NCBI GenBank assembly: GCA_037305845.1
Contig: CP147778.1
Location: forward strand, 3,072,001 to 3,136,000
Reading direction: 5' to 3'
DNA: 64,000 bases
From: Candidatus Freyarchaeum deiterrae
GTDB taxonomy: Archaea > Asgardarchaeota > Jordiarchaeia > Jordiarchaeales > Jordiarchaeaceae
Shown here: positions 20,836 to 31,083 of the stretch, piece by piece
How positions within the stretch are numbered: the first letter of the stretch is position 1
Layout of the letters: the number at the start of each line of letters is the position of its first letter
Notes under the pieces: model-generated
Seen by the model: only the letters and a program-made list of their open reading frames with translations
Database searches by the model: none
Told to the model about the DNA's origin: nothing
Position numbers and translations under genes: made by a program

Positions 20836-21906
20836 TTATCCCAATTTCTGAATTATAGTCTGAGTCACTTCCCTAGTTTTTGACTTACCACCCATATCCG
20901 GGGTCAACACTTTTCTCTCTCGGTAAAGCTCCCCCACAGCGTTTTCCAGCTCCTGAGCTTCATCACTCATACCGAGATACTCAAGCATCATAACTGAGGA
21001 TAGAATAGTTGCGGTGGGGTTAGCGATACCCTTTCCCGCTATGTCCGGTGCGGATCCGTGTACTGGCTCGAAGTAAGCGTATCTATCGCCTATGCATCCA
21101 CTGGGAGACATACCCAATCCGCCCATGAGTTCAGAGGCGAGATCGGACAGTATATCCCCAAACATGTTAGAAGTCACAATAACGTCCTGGTCTTTTGGGA
21201 ACCTGATGATCCTTCTCGCCATATCGTCAACATAGAAATGTTCGTATTTGAGTTCAGGGTAGCCCTTAATCACTTCCTCGCAGGTTTTCTGAAAAAGTCC
21301 GCAACTCTGTATCAAAACATTTGATTTAGTGACGCAGGTCACTTTTCCTGGAAATCCTCTCTTTTTCCTCTCTATCGCTTTTTCGCAAGCAACCTTGGAA
21401 ATCCTTTTACACCCTTTTTCAGTGATAATCCTTATCGCGAACTTTCCTTTTCCGAAATCGGCAAAGGTTTTTCCCGTTAGGTCTTTATAGTCGGGCAGTC
21501 TCTCCGCCAGTAGAGAGATGTCTCCCTCTCTTCCGGGGTACAAGCCTTCCGAGTTCTCCCTAACTATGAGAAAGTCTATTTCTTCAGGATCCTTTATTGG
21601 TGTTGAAACGCCCTCATAATACTTAATCGGTCTTAGATTGGCGTAGGTGTCAAGTGTCCATCTCAGATAAGTTAGAATGATAACACTAGCTCGCTCGGTT
21701 GCGCCGAAGAGTATAGCGTCGGACTGATTCGTTAAATCTATAGCTTCCTTGGGAAAAGGGGTTCCAAACTTTTTAATCGCAGCTTCTCCAACCAATGGTT
21801 TAGTTATCTCTAAATCTAAACCCATACTTTCCAAAACTTGTATTGCGGCGTCAACCACTTCTGGTCCGATTCCGTCTCCGCCGAGTGCTACAATCTTCTT
21901 AGTCAA
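20836..21906 (-). CDS. Isocitrate/isopropylmalate dehydrogenase family protein
   Basis: [45 protein letters not shown]. Confidence 0.93.
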   Translation of the reverse strand: MTKKIVALGGDGIGPEVVDAAIQVLESMGLDLEITKPLVGEAAIKKFGTPFPKEAIDLTNQSDAILFGATERASVIILTYLRWTLDTYANLRPIKYYEGVSTPIKDPEEIDFLIVRENSEGLYPGREGDISLLAERLPDYKDLTGKTFADFGKGKFAIRIITEKGCKRISKVACEKAIERKKRGFPGKVTCVTKSNVLIQSCGLFQKTCEEVIKGYPELKYEHFYVDDMARRIIRFPKDQDVIVTSNMFGDILSDLASELMGGLGMSPSGCIGDRYAYFEPVHGSAPDIAGKGIANPTATILSSVMMLEYLGMSDEAQELENAVGELYRERKVLTPDMGGKSKTREVTQTIIQKLG

Positions 21907-22133
21907 ATCTCACACCTTCAATTCTAGTGATTCTTGTGCGAATTAATAATTTTCTGTATAACCGAGTTATATTTATATTCTCTAAACGGGTTTCTTTAAA
22001 CTATAAAAACCAACAATGACCAAATAAGGTAATAACTTATTACAACTGGAAAAAAAAGGGTTAAGTTCAATGAGTGAAGCTAAAAAAGATTACTGTTTCA
22101 GTTTGCAAATTATACATATTCGGGTATACTGAA

Positions 22134-24584
22134 CTAAGTCTTGGGTAGTTGCACTTTAAACTTCTTTTCCGCGTCTCTTAGGGCTTTTATGAAAGCCTCA
22201 ATCATGTCCAGCATCATTGGTGCTATTTTGAGGGCGTCCTCTGTTGAAGGCTCTATTTTGGATATGTCCTCCCGTAAAACTTTCGGGTAATCATGATTTC
22301 TGTCTGTGAGGGCTCGGTAGCGGTTCTCAAAGTCTTTGTAAGTTATAATGGTTTTTCCAGTATCTTTATCTGATTCAAAATCGAATTTCAAAGTGCCGTC
22401 TTGGTCGAAAGAATAGTTTAATCTCTCTAAGGGCATACTCGGAGCTTTCTCCGTGAAGCTCGTTCCAACAAGACCCGCTTCTGTGAATCTTTGCCTAATG
22501 GGTTTAAGATGTTCTGACCAGCGCTCAAGGATAAATCGATATACTAGGGGTGGAATATCACCCGCTTTTGAGATTTTCTTTCCCATCAATCGTAAATCCA
22601 TTATTATGGTCCCGTTCTCTGTAGGCGTGTTTTTAGCTTCCATGTTGCTATTATTGATTGACGTCACGGGTATACTCTGCTTGTTTGCGGTTTCAACTAT
22701 TGTTTCGACCTCTTTTTCAGTTATAGGTAGAACGAGTATTCCAGTCGAAGCCACAGATTCTAGGAATGTTTCGGCATCTGGTGTGTAGAAATATTTACTA
22801 TATGGTTTGAGATCCACGGGATCCGTTGAAAGGCGTTCTTCCCTTATAACATCTGCAAGCTCAGTGTAAACCATGTCAAGCTTATCTAAAACTGCATCAG
22901 AATCCCTTTCTTCAGCAGCTCCCTTTACAACAACTCTATCGATTACTACCTTTTCAACTCTCTCTTCTAAAACTCCCTTATCTGATAAGGAAAGTGCCAG
23001 TGTCTTGATTTCTGCGCTATGTGTTTTTCCGATTTTGGTTAAAGGCATTTTATCAACGAATTTTATAATGCGAGGTTTCTTGTAAGAAGCGATATTATCT
23101 CTACAGAATTCTTTTACTTCTTCTGCGGTCATTTCTTCTCCGGGTTTGAGTTCAATAAATGCGGTTACTATTTCTCCCCAGACTTTATCAGGTACTCCGG
23201 TTACCGCTACTTCCTCTATTTTTGGGTGTGATTTTAAATAGTCTTCAACCTCGATTGGATAAATTTTTTCACCGCCGGAAGTGATCATTTCATTAATTCT
23301 GCCTACGTAGTAGATATTTTCATCTTTATCCATCCAACAAAGGTCACCCGAATGCAGCCAACCGTTCTCATCAATAGCCTTCTTGGTTTTCAATGAGTCT
23401 TTGTAGTATCCTTTCATTACATTTTTACCTTTGAATATCATTTCTCCGACTTCACCAATTGGTACATCTTTCATGTTCTTATCAACAACCCGCATTTCCA
23501 TACCGGTTACAAGTTGGCCTATGTAGCCTTGTTTGATTTTTGGTAAATCTTCGTAGGTCATGAACGCGATTGTTGATGTACCTACCGTTTCTGTTTGGCC
23601 ATAGCCATCCACTAGAGCGATTTTTGGAAATCTTTCTAAAATTTCAATTTTCATTTCACGGGGCATTTTTGCTCCGCCAGAACCCATCAATGTCAATGAA
23701 CTAAGGTCAAATTCGTCCAAATCTGGATAATCTAGCCATAATCGATACATCGTTGGTACCATGAATATGGTAGTAATTTTATCATCTTGAATTATTTGAC
23801 AGATCTCTTCGGGATTAAAACTTGAACTAACCGGGAAAACGATTAAAGTTCCCAACCCAATCTGTGTTATAATTGACAGTATCCCAGATATGTGAAAAAT
23901 CGGAGTAGGAATTAAAAATTTCATTCTCATTCCAGAAGGTGGTATTAATGTGGTTTCGGGAATTCTTTTTTCGGCAATTAATTTCGCGCCATGTCCTGGA
24001 GTCAAGTAAGTGGCGCTGTATAAATTAGAATGGGTGTATATTACACCTTTAGGAGAGCCTGTTGTGCCACCCGTGTAAAGTATAAACGCAGCCTCGTCGT
24101 CATTTACTTGGACTTCGGGATCGGTTACTTCTTTATTCTTGATAAAATTCTCATAATTAATCATATCACTATACTCTTGATAAGGAAATGTATCTACGAC
24201 GAATATGTGACTGATGTTGTTGATTTTTTTGGTTTTCAAAAAATCGCGGGTTTTTTTAACAAATTTTTTTTCAATAAATAGTCCAGTAATGTCTGAATTT
24301 TCGTGTATATACTCTAATTCAGTAAACCCATATCTAATGTTAATCGGAACTGGTACAGCGCCGATTTTTTGAAGCCCGAACATTATTTCCAAAAATTCAG
24401 GTGAGTTGTAGAGCAATGTTCCGAATTTTTCACCTTTCTTAACACCGGCGTCTAGTAAAGCCCGCGCTACTTGGTTCGCTCGATTATTCAATTTATTATA
24501 GGTGTATATCTTATCATCTTGTTTGACAGCTTCAACATTACCCAGATTTTTAGCCAAGTTTTTTAACAAGTCTGCGTAGCCCAC
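22134..24584 (-). CDS. AMP-forming acyl-CoA synthetase with C-terminal degenerate FAD-oxidase-derived domain
   Basis: YTGGTTGSPKG, GYGQTE, SGD, SGGEKIYPIEVE; ~250-aa extension similar to parts of ORF 15212. Confidence 0.85.
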   Translation of the reverse strand: MGYADLLKNLAKNLGNVEAVKQDDKIYTYNKLNNRANQVARALLDAGVKKGEKFGTLLYNSPEFLEIMFGLQKIGAVPVPINIRYGFTELEYIHENSDITGLFIEKKFVKKTRDFLKTKKINNISHIFVVDTFPYQEYSDMINYENFIKNKEVTDPEVQVNDDEAAFILYTGGTTGSPKGVIYTHSNLYSATYLTPGHGAKLIAEKRIPETTLIPPSGMRMKFLIPTPIFHISGILSIITQIGLGTLIVFPVSSSFNPEEICQIIQDDKITTIFMVPTMYRLWLDYPDLDEFDLSSLTLMGSGGAKMPREMKIEILERFPKIALVDGYGQTETVGTSTIAFMTYEDLPKIKQGYIGQLVTGMEMRVVDKNMKDVPIGEVGEMIFKGKNVMKGYYKDSLKTKKAIDENGWLHSGDLCWMDKDENIYYVGRINEMITSGGEKIYPIEVEDYLKSHPKIEEVAVTGVPDKVWGEIVTAFIELKPGEEMTAEEVKEFCRDNIASYKKPRIIKFVDKMPLTKIGKTHSAEIKTLALSLSDKGVLEERVEKVVIDRVVVKGAAEERDSDAVLDKLDMVYTELADVIREERLSTDPVDLKPYSKYFYTPDAETFLESVASTGILVLPITEKEVETIVETANKQSIPVTSINNSNMEAKNTPTENGTIIMDLRLMGKKISKAGDIPPLVYRFILERWSEHLKPIRQRFTEAGLVGTSFTEKAPSMPLERLNYSFDQDGTLKFDFESDKDTGKTIITYKDFENRYRALTDRNHDYPKVLREDISKIEPSTEDALKIAPMMLDMIEAFIKALRDAEKKFKVQLPKT

Positions 24585-24595
24585 TCTATCTCTTC

Positions 24596-25366
24596 CTATT
24601 TCCCTTTGTATTTAGGCTCTCTTTTTTCCATAAAACTCAGGAGGGATTCTTTGAAATCCTCGGAGCCGAATGTTTTGATTAGATTTTCTTCCTCGTTATC
24701 GAGGGCATTAATAATTTTGTCCATTAATAAACTATGTATAGCTTTTTTAGCCAGCCCGATTGCAAGGGTCGGACCCTTTGATAATCGCTCGGCTAGCTTT
24801 TTAACTTTCGAAATGAAAATATCGTCAGGAAAAACGTCATTTATTAAGCCAATATTTTTGGCTTCTTGAGCACTAATTTTGTCTCCGAAAAATATGAGTT
24901 CCTTTGCCTTTTGCATTCCCACGATTCGGGGCAATAAGTATGTTGATGCCATTTCGGGTGTAATAGCCCTCCTGATGAAGAATGTGCTGAACTCTGCTTT
25001 GTCGGAGGCGTAAATTAAATCACAATTTAATGCTAAATTCATTCCTGCACCCAGTGCCATTCCATTCACAGCTGCAATGAATGGTTTATTTACGTTTATC
25101 AGTTTTAATACTAGTTCTTTTTGTGATAAATCAATTTTTTTACCTGCTTGACTACTGTCAAATGCGAAATCCCCGCCTGATGAAAAGGCTTTTCCTGCGC
25201 CAGTTATGATAACAGCTCTTATTTCATCGTCGGCATTAATTCTATCTAAAGCATCTTTTATCTCTTCGAACATTTTACCGTTCATCGCATTCAAGCGTTC
25301 AGGCCTATTTAGAGTTATTATACAAACGTTATCCTCCTTCTCAAAAATGATTGTTTCAGGGTTCAA
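24596..25366 (-). CDS. Enoyl-CoA hydratase/isomerase
   Basis: ITLNRPERLNA, AFSSGGD, AAVNGMALGAG, EKREPKYKGK; TTG start at 25366 after GGAGG. Confidence 0.92.
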   Translation of the reverse strand: MNPETIIFEKEDNVCIITLNRPERLNAMNGKMFEEIKDALDRINADDEIRAVIITGAGKAFSSGGDFAFDSSQAGKKIDLSQKELVLKLINVNKPFIAAVNGMALGAGMNLALNCDLIYASDKAEFSTFFIRRAITPEMASTYLLPRIVGMQKAKELIFFGDKISAQEAKNIGLINDVFPDDIFISKVKKLAERLSKGPTLAIGLAKKAIHSLLMDKIINALDNEEENLIKTFGSEDFKESLLSFMEKREPKYKGK

Positions 25367-25452
25367 TTTGTCCCTCCTTAAATTATTAACTAACAAATTA
25401 TTGATTTTTTGAACCGCTAGTACGAAGAGGAAAATGGAGCGATAGAAATTTA

Positions 25453-25788
25453 TTATTTCATTAACATTTGAATTTTCAGTAGGTCCTTCATATCGCCCTT
25501 TGCTTTTAACTTGCCACTCATGAAGGCTTTAGTTGGACTAACTTCACCATTACATATTCCAAGAATGACATCGCTATTAGTCTCTATGAGCAGATCAGGT
25601 TTCGCGACCGAGCCCTCTTTGACTGTACATGTCTCATCCTTGAACTCCATCAAGAGAGAAAAGCCCGTATCCTTGAAGTTAAATTGCAACACCTTGTTAA
25701 AACCCTGAAAGCGCTCCTTGTAACTGGGGTCATCTAATTTACTAGCCCATGCTCCTAGTGCTTCTAGTAATTCCTCTTTATAACCCAT
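25453..25788 (-). CDS. SCP2 sterol/lipid-binding domain protein
   Basis: AFMSGKLKAKGD. Confidence 0.9.
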   Translation of the reverse strand: MGYKEELLEALGAWASKLDDPSYKERFQGFNKVLQFNFKDTGFSLLMEFKDETCTVKEGSVAKPDLLIETNSDVILGICNGEVSPTKAFMSGKLKAKGDMKDLLKIQMLMK

Positions 25789-26085
25789 TTTTTATCACTA
25801 TTTTTAAAACTTTTAGATTTATGTTTATATTTATTTCGCTTTATTGTCTACTTATTTATATTTACTTAATTATTTTATTTTTATTGTGCCTCTCTCTAAC
25901 TCTTAGTCAATAATAGAAGAAGCAAAGTAAAATCCGTTTTTAAAAAGTCTTAATAATTAACTCAATTATAAATCCGAGAATCCGTTCCCCATTTGGGATA
26001 TAATACGGATTCCATAAAAAATATACTTGTATTCAAAAAATTGAAGAATTGAAAAAAAGATGGGCTCTAATGAATTTCTCTAATC

Positions 26086-26550
26086 TTATTTTTTATCGAT
26101 TTTTAGTTTGAGGATGCAGACGTTATCGTTGTTCTCTGCCTCAAATCTATTAACTTCGCCCAAGCCTAGGGCATATATAGCACCCATAATAGTTACCGCT
26201 ATTCCGCACAAAGGACAGGCTTTGCATCCAAGGGTTTTCGCATATTTAGCCATTTCTCGCCATATGCAGTTGGTTATTTTCTCCTTGTGCATGTTTTCGT
26301 TGGGATCCTCTTCAACTTCTATTTGGTATAAGCCGGTATCCTTCCCCACTTTTACTATGGTTTTTATGAACTCTTCAATATTTTTTGGCGAAGTGTTACC
26401 TGCAATCTGTTTGAAAAGAGGGTCTAACACAGGAGCTAACACTTTGGATGCTTGGCGTCCGAGTAAAATGGGAGTTACACCCATCTTATCTGCCGCAAGG
26501 AATACATTACAATAAACTATGGCATTAAAAAAATCCTTCATCTCAGACAT
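26086..26550 (-). CDS. Small V4R-like protein
   Basis: LLGRQ, NCIW...ACPLC...C pattern. Confidence 0.55.
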   Translation of the reverse strand: MSEMKDFFNAIVYCNVFLAADKMGVTPILLGRQASKVLAPVLDPLFKQIAGNTSPKNIEEFIKTIVKVGKDTGLYQIEVEEDPNENMHKEKITNCIWREMAKYAKTLGCKACPLCGIAVTIMGAIYALGLGEVNRFEAENNDNVCILKLKIDKK

Positions 26551-27047
26551 TTTCTCTCACTCTTACTATACTCTTTTAGATTTCAAACTCCTATAAGAGG
26601 CTATAAGAAGCCATTGGAATGGCTTTATTTAATTCAAGTACAATTTGTTTTTTTTCCCTTAAAAACTCACTCGCTGATATGTATAATAGTTAATTTGAAT
26701 TGACTAATATACTTTTTGTGTATCCTTGGTACTCTAAGCGACCTAAGTCGGTAGATTTTCGGAGGGACTGAAACCATTGACGGATTTGTTATAACCATTT
26801 ATAGCTCGACCAAATTGGTTCTGGGAATATCGGATTCGTTATGTTTGCTACTGTTAGCATCAGCATTTATTGCTTTAAGCCGTTCAACCCTTTTATAATC
26901 CCTAATGCTAAGCCCCAAAATGTCGGAAACCCTTTTCTTCCAAGGAAAAAGATATAGAAGGCGTAGAAAGAGATAAGATTCGCCTTCATCAGAAGGGTAC
27001 AATCAGAAAATACTCCTAATTGTGCACAATAAGCCAATTTGTTTCAC

Positions 27048-27830
27048 TTATTTTCCTTTCCATTTTGGTTCCCGATTACCCTCTAGGAAAGCAGTGAAAC
27101 CCTCAACAACATCTTCACTACGGAAGAGATCATAGAACGGCTCCCAGAGTAACCCGATACACTTGTGGGGATTTAAATGCCTGCTCTCAGCGAACCACTT
27201 TCTTGTCCATTTATGACTTATGGGTGCAACTTTTTTCATTTCATTGGCTAAATCCATAACCTCATCGTGTAATTTCTCGTGAGGGACAACTTTGTTTACG
27301 AGTCCCATTCGGTAGGCTTCCTGTGCATCAATAATTTTACCGGTTAGCAGTAATTCTTTTGCGTGTCTCATTCCTACTATATCAGCCAACATGAGAAAAG
27401 CTGTGCCGCTAACCAAACCTCGACGATTTTCCCAGAATCCCATTTCAGCACGTTCGCTAGCAATAGCACAATCACAGAATAGTGTCAATTCCAGCCCACC
27501 TGCATAGGCGAGTCCATTAATTGCAGCAATCAACGGCTTTGGATACCTAATCAGGAGTTCATGGGGGTCAAGCAAGTCCGCCAGGAATTCACCTAATCCT
27601 TTAAACCCAACTGTGGCGAGTTCTTTTATGTCCAGACCTGATGAGAAAGCGGGATCCTTTCCTGTTATTACAAGTACCCGTACGTCAGTGCCTTCCTCAG
27701 TTTTCGCTAACACATCCATTATTTCATGCCAGACTTGTTTCCTTAGTGGATTTTTCTTTCTGGGGTTATTGATGGTTATCCAGCCAACCTGATCCTCAAC
27801 TTCGTACAATATGCTCTCGTATTCCGACAT
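27048..27830 (-). CDS. Enoyl-CoA hydratase/isomerase
   Basis: AFSSGLD, AAINGLAYAGGLEL, ELLLTG, REPKWKGK. Confidence 0.92.
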   Translation of the reverse strand: MSEYESILYEVEDQVGWITINNPRKKNPLRKQVWHEIMDVLAKTEEGTDVRVLVITGKDPAFSSGLDIKELATVGFKGLGEFLADLLDPHELLIRYPKPLIAAINGLAYAGGLELTLFCDCAIASERAEMGFWENRRGLVSGTAFLMLADIVGMRHAKELLLTGKIIDAQEAYRMGLVNKVVPHEKLHDEVMDLANEMKKVAPISHKWTRKWFAESRHLNPHKCIGLLWEPFYDLFRSEDVVEGFTAFLEGNREPKWKGK

Positions 27831-27996
27831 CTTTTAATTCCTCCTTTTTTACTCTGTTTGCTCCTTCATAGATAATAATTTTGTGTATAGTGGTCCATTT
27901 GCTAGTGCTATCTTCCAGGCAGAGAAGCTCTTTTCAGCTCAGCAGTAGTAATTTGAAAAGTTAAAAAAAGTATAAGAAAATCAGCAATAATAATTT

Positions 27997-29256
27997 TTAA
28001 GAGTCATTTAGATTTTCAATCTCCTCTTTGGTCACACCTCTCAATGCTCGTGGTAATAGCCTTTCATCAATATCTTTAATGAACTCATTCCGTCCAATAA
28101 ATATCTTTAAAACATCATTAGATCCTCCCGCAATCTGCATTAACATCGCGTTTTCCAAGATACTGTAAATTCCGAATTCGTGTGTATATCCATCGCCTGC
28201 ACAAATATACGCTGCGTGCTGAGCGATTTCATTAAGAGATTGAGTGCAATAAATTTTTGCAGCAGCAGATTTTACGCCGAATTCAAACATATCCGCCTCT
28301 CCCTTATCTAATAGATTAGCGAGGTAGTATATGGTGGCACGAGCAGTCTCAAGACGCATTGTTATTTCCGCCATCCGTAATTGTATATTTTGATAACGTG
28401 AAATTGGCATTCCAAATTGAACCCTTCTCTTGGCGTATGCACGCGCTATTTCCTTAAGAATTCTGCCCTGACCAATTACACCCGCTAGGCCAAGTCTCTC
28501 AATATTCAGAGCACTCGTCATCACCATCCAACCATCACCCGGTTCTAGTATCATGCAATTTTTTGGCACTCTGACGTCTCTGAATCGTATAACCGAATTC
28601 GCCATCTCCACCTCGCCCTTCAAGCGGTTAACCTTCTCTATAGTGATGCCTTCACTACGCCTAGGCACAATAAAGGCCGTAAGATGCCTATGCATCTGTT
28701 CCATTGAGGGATCCGAATTAGCGTAGAGCATAAGGTAATCCGATAATGGGGCGAGAGTGATGAATCGTTTCCAACCATTCAGAATCCACTCGTCACCCTC
28801 CGCTTCGGCGTGTAACTGTATACCTGCGACATCGTTACCCGCGTCCGGCTCGGTTACTGTTACTGATGCCCACTTTTCACCCTTGACCATGGGAACTAGA
28901 AACTCCTCTTTCTGGGCATCAGTTCCAAACAAAAGGACCGGTCCAGCACCAAACACGCTGGTAAGAAGTGGATTAATATTCAACAAACATCTTCCAGTTT
29001 CCTCATTTAGAACAGTATAACCCGTGTAGCCTTGCCCACTCCCTCCATACTTCTCTTCGGTTAGAACCATTAGGGGATGAAATCCGTGTTCGATACATTT
29101 CTTGCTGGCTTGCCATTGGATAGCCATTGGATCCTTGTTTTCTTCTTCTTGTTTCATAGCTATTGGAACTAGCTCAGAATCTACAAATGCCTCCATTTCA
29201 TCGGCAAATTTTCTGTTCCTATCACTCCACCATGGCATATAATCCATTTCTTTCAC
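27997..29256 (-). CDS. Acyl-CoA dehydrogenase
   Basis: VTEPDAGND, LNGWKRFIT, LNIERL (helix-G Glu), RVQFG, IAGGSNDV. Confidence 0.93.
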   Translation of the reverse strand: MKEMDYMPWWSDRNRKFADEMEAFVDSELVPIAMKQEEENKDPMAIQWQASKKCIEHGFHPLMVLTEEKYGGSGQGYTGYTVLNEETGRCLLNINPLLTSVFGAGPVLLFGTDAQKEEFLVPMVKGEKWASVTVTEPDAGNDVAGIQLHAEAEGDEWILNGWKRFITLAPLSDYLMLYANSDPSMEQMHRHLTAFIVPRRSEGITIEKVNRLKGEVEMANSVIRFRDVRVPKNCMILEPGDGWMVMTSALNIERLGLAGVIGQGRILKEIARAYAKRRVQFGMPISRYQNIQLRMAEITMRLETARATIYYLANLLDKGEADMFEFGVKSAAAKIYCTQSLNEIAQHAAYICAGDGYTHEFGIYSILENAMLMQIAGGSNDVLKIFIGRNEFIKDIDERLLPRALRGVTKEEIENLNDS

Positions 29257-29570
29257 AACTCCATTTTATAATTTTTATAATAGTCTTTACCTAGACCGTA
29301 TTTCAATGAGACTTCGCCAATCTCGTTAAGCCCTCTCCAGGTTATCTTTGCAAGCTTTATTTTATCCTTCTCTTTGTACAAGTTTACGAGTTTTTGATTC
29401 TCCAGCGATTCCAATATTGCACTCAACTCTTTTTTTAGCCCCAATAATTTTTGCAATTTTGTAACTTCAACGTGTAATCCTTGGGTATATTCAAATTCCT
29501 TAGCTAGAATTTGTAAGACTTTGAATTCCAAATCATCTAACAAAAAGAAGCCTCCAATTCTCCTTTTCAA
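29253..29570 (-). CDS. Small winged-helix protein overlapping the acyl-CoA dehydrogenase start
   Basis: wHTH-like pattern (L..LE...LV...AKIT.RG); 4-nt GTGA overlap; true start may be TTG near 29540. Confidence 0.6.
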   Translation of the reverse strand: MKRRIGGFFLLDDLEFKVLQILAKEFEYTQGLHVEVTKLQKLLGLKKELSAILESLENQKLVNLYKEKDKIKLAKITWRGLNEIGEVSLKYGLGKDYYKNYKMEL

Positions 29571-29956
29571 TCTTTAAACGAATGTTTTACTTACTTGTAT
29601 GCAATTAGCTCTTGCTTTTTATTTCTGTTTTATGGAAGAACAAATCCAAATTGCAATACACTAAAATAAAGATTTTATCCATAAAATTTGCCGCCGAAAA
29701 CCCCGCCCCCTTCCCCTTAGACTCCAACCCCCACCCCTATATAGTGTTGGTGCTGCGTGTGCTTTTGTTAAGCTACTGAAAGGAGTCTTTTCACTAGTTG
29801 GCCTGTTCTGCTTGACTATTTTTTCGCTTTGAATAGTGTTTTGGTTTATTATTCTCTTAATGGTGTCTCTAGTGTTTGGACTGATGTGGGGGATTAAAAC
29901 TAGATTTTCTAACTTGAGTGTATTATTGGTGAAACTTTTTGCTGTGGCAGGCTTCT

Positions 29957-30970
29957 CTAGACTATGAGACTGCTAATTCCTTTTAGCACTTTTTCCGCTT
30001 CACTAGTTATTCTCTCAATGATTTCTTTTACGGTGGGTATATCTTTTACGCCGCCACAGGACTCACCGCATAGAACTGGTCCCTTTATGACATCTCCTTG
30101 ATATACAAGCTCGTATTTCTTCTGGTCCTCTATTAATTTCTGAAAGTCAATAGATTGCTCCAAGGATATTTTTTCATCTTTAGTCATGATTGTGTTATGC
30201 TCTTCGGTGTACTCGTTTTTCAAAAGCCTGATGGGACCTAACATGCCTTGGGTGACAACGGTATCGGCATCCTTTGAACGCACAACAAAGTTCTTATAGT
30301 TCTCGTGGAAATCGCACTCTTTCGTCGCAATGAAACGTGTGCCCATCTGAATGCCCGCTGCTCCCATAGCTAGCGCACCAGCTAATCCCCGACCGTTGAA
30401 GAATCCTCCACAAGCGATGACAGGCTTCTTACAGAGGTTGGTCGCCTCTGGAATCAAAACAGAAGAATTGACCCCTTCGTAACTTTGATGTCCGCCTCCT
30501 TCGAAGCCTGTGCATATTATGCCATCGCATAGTTCGTCTACTTTCATGGCGTGGTATAATGTGGGGGCCACGTGGAAGTGTATTAGGGTTGGATCTTCTT
30601 TTTTGAATTGAGTGGCGGGGGGTTTAGGGTTGCCGGCTGATGTGATTACGACTTTTAAGCGTTCTTTAAGTTCTGGGTCTTCCTTTCTTAATCTTATAAT
30701 AAGCTTTTGTAATTCAGGGGCGTCTATTTGAAGTCTTGCGACTCTTATGTTTACTCCGAATGGGCCTTTAGAGTTTTGTTTTACCCACTTGATGTTCTCT
30801 TCCATTTCCTTTACTGAGTCTTTGTTGAATAGGTTGGTGTGAGAGATTATTCCTAACCCTCCGGCGTTGGTTACCGCTGCGGCTAGTTTTGTAGTGTAGA
30901 ATGGCCCCATGGGAGCCTGTATTATGGGGTATTTTATTCCTAGCATTTCTGTGAGTTTTGTTTTTATTAT
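29957..30970 (-). CDS. Nitronate monooxygenase / FabK-like flavoprotein
   Basis: YPIIQAPMG, AGGLG, GFEGGGH, IACGG, QMGTRF; family N-terminus IKTKLTEML extends to ATA 30970 (first ATG 30946). Confidence 0.9.
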   Translation of the reverse strand: MIKTKLTEMLGIKYPIIQAPMGPFYTTKLAAAVTNAGGLGIISHTNLFNKDSVKEMEENIKWVKQNSKGPFGVNIRVARLQIDAPELQKLIIRLRKEDPELKERLKVVITSAGNPKPPATQFKKEDPTLIHFHVAPTLYHAMKVDELCDGIICTGFEGGGHQSYEGVNSSVLIPEATNLCKKPVIACGGFFNGRGLAGALAMGAAGIQMGTRFIATKECDFHENYKNFVVRSKDADTVVTQGMLGPIRLLKNEYTEEHNTIMTKDEKISLEQSIDFQKLIEDQKKYELVYQGDVIKGPVLCGESCGGVKDIPTVKEIIERITSEAEKVLKGISSLIV

Positions 30971-31083
30971 TTTAATCCCTCCATTTTACGAGTATTGGAG
31001 TTTTTTATTATGAAAAGATTTTTTGGTAAAATCTTAAAACCGTTTTGGATCAGGTTTTGATTTAACAGTTTTTATTGTGAAAG

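Noticed and set aside
26720-27040. 67-aa ORF 26799..27002 and surrounding slightly GC-richer spacer
   Set aside because: No recognisable motif, RBS or RNA structure; could be a decayed gene but cannot be supported
28110-28140. Acyl-CoA dehydrogenase lacking the MCAD-type catalytic Glu (IAGGSN)
   Set aside because: The alternative helix-G Glu (LNIERL) is present, a known IVD/LCAD arrangement
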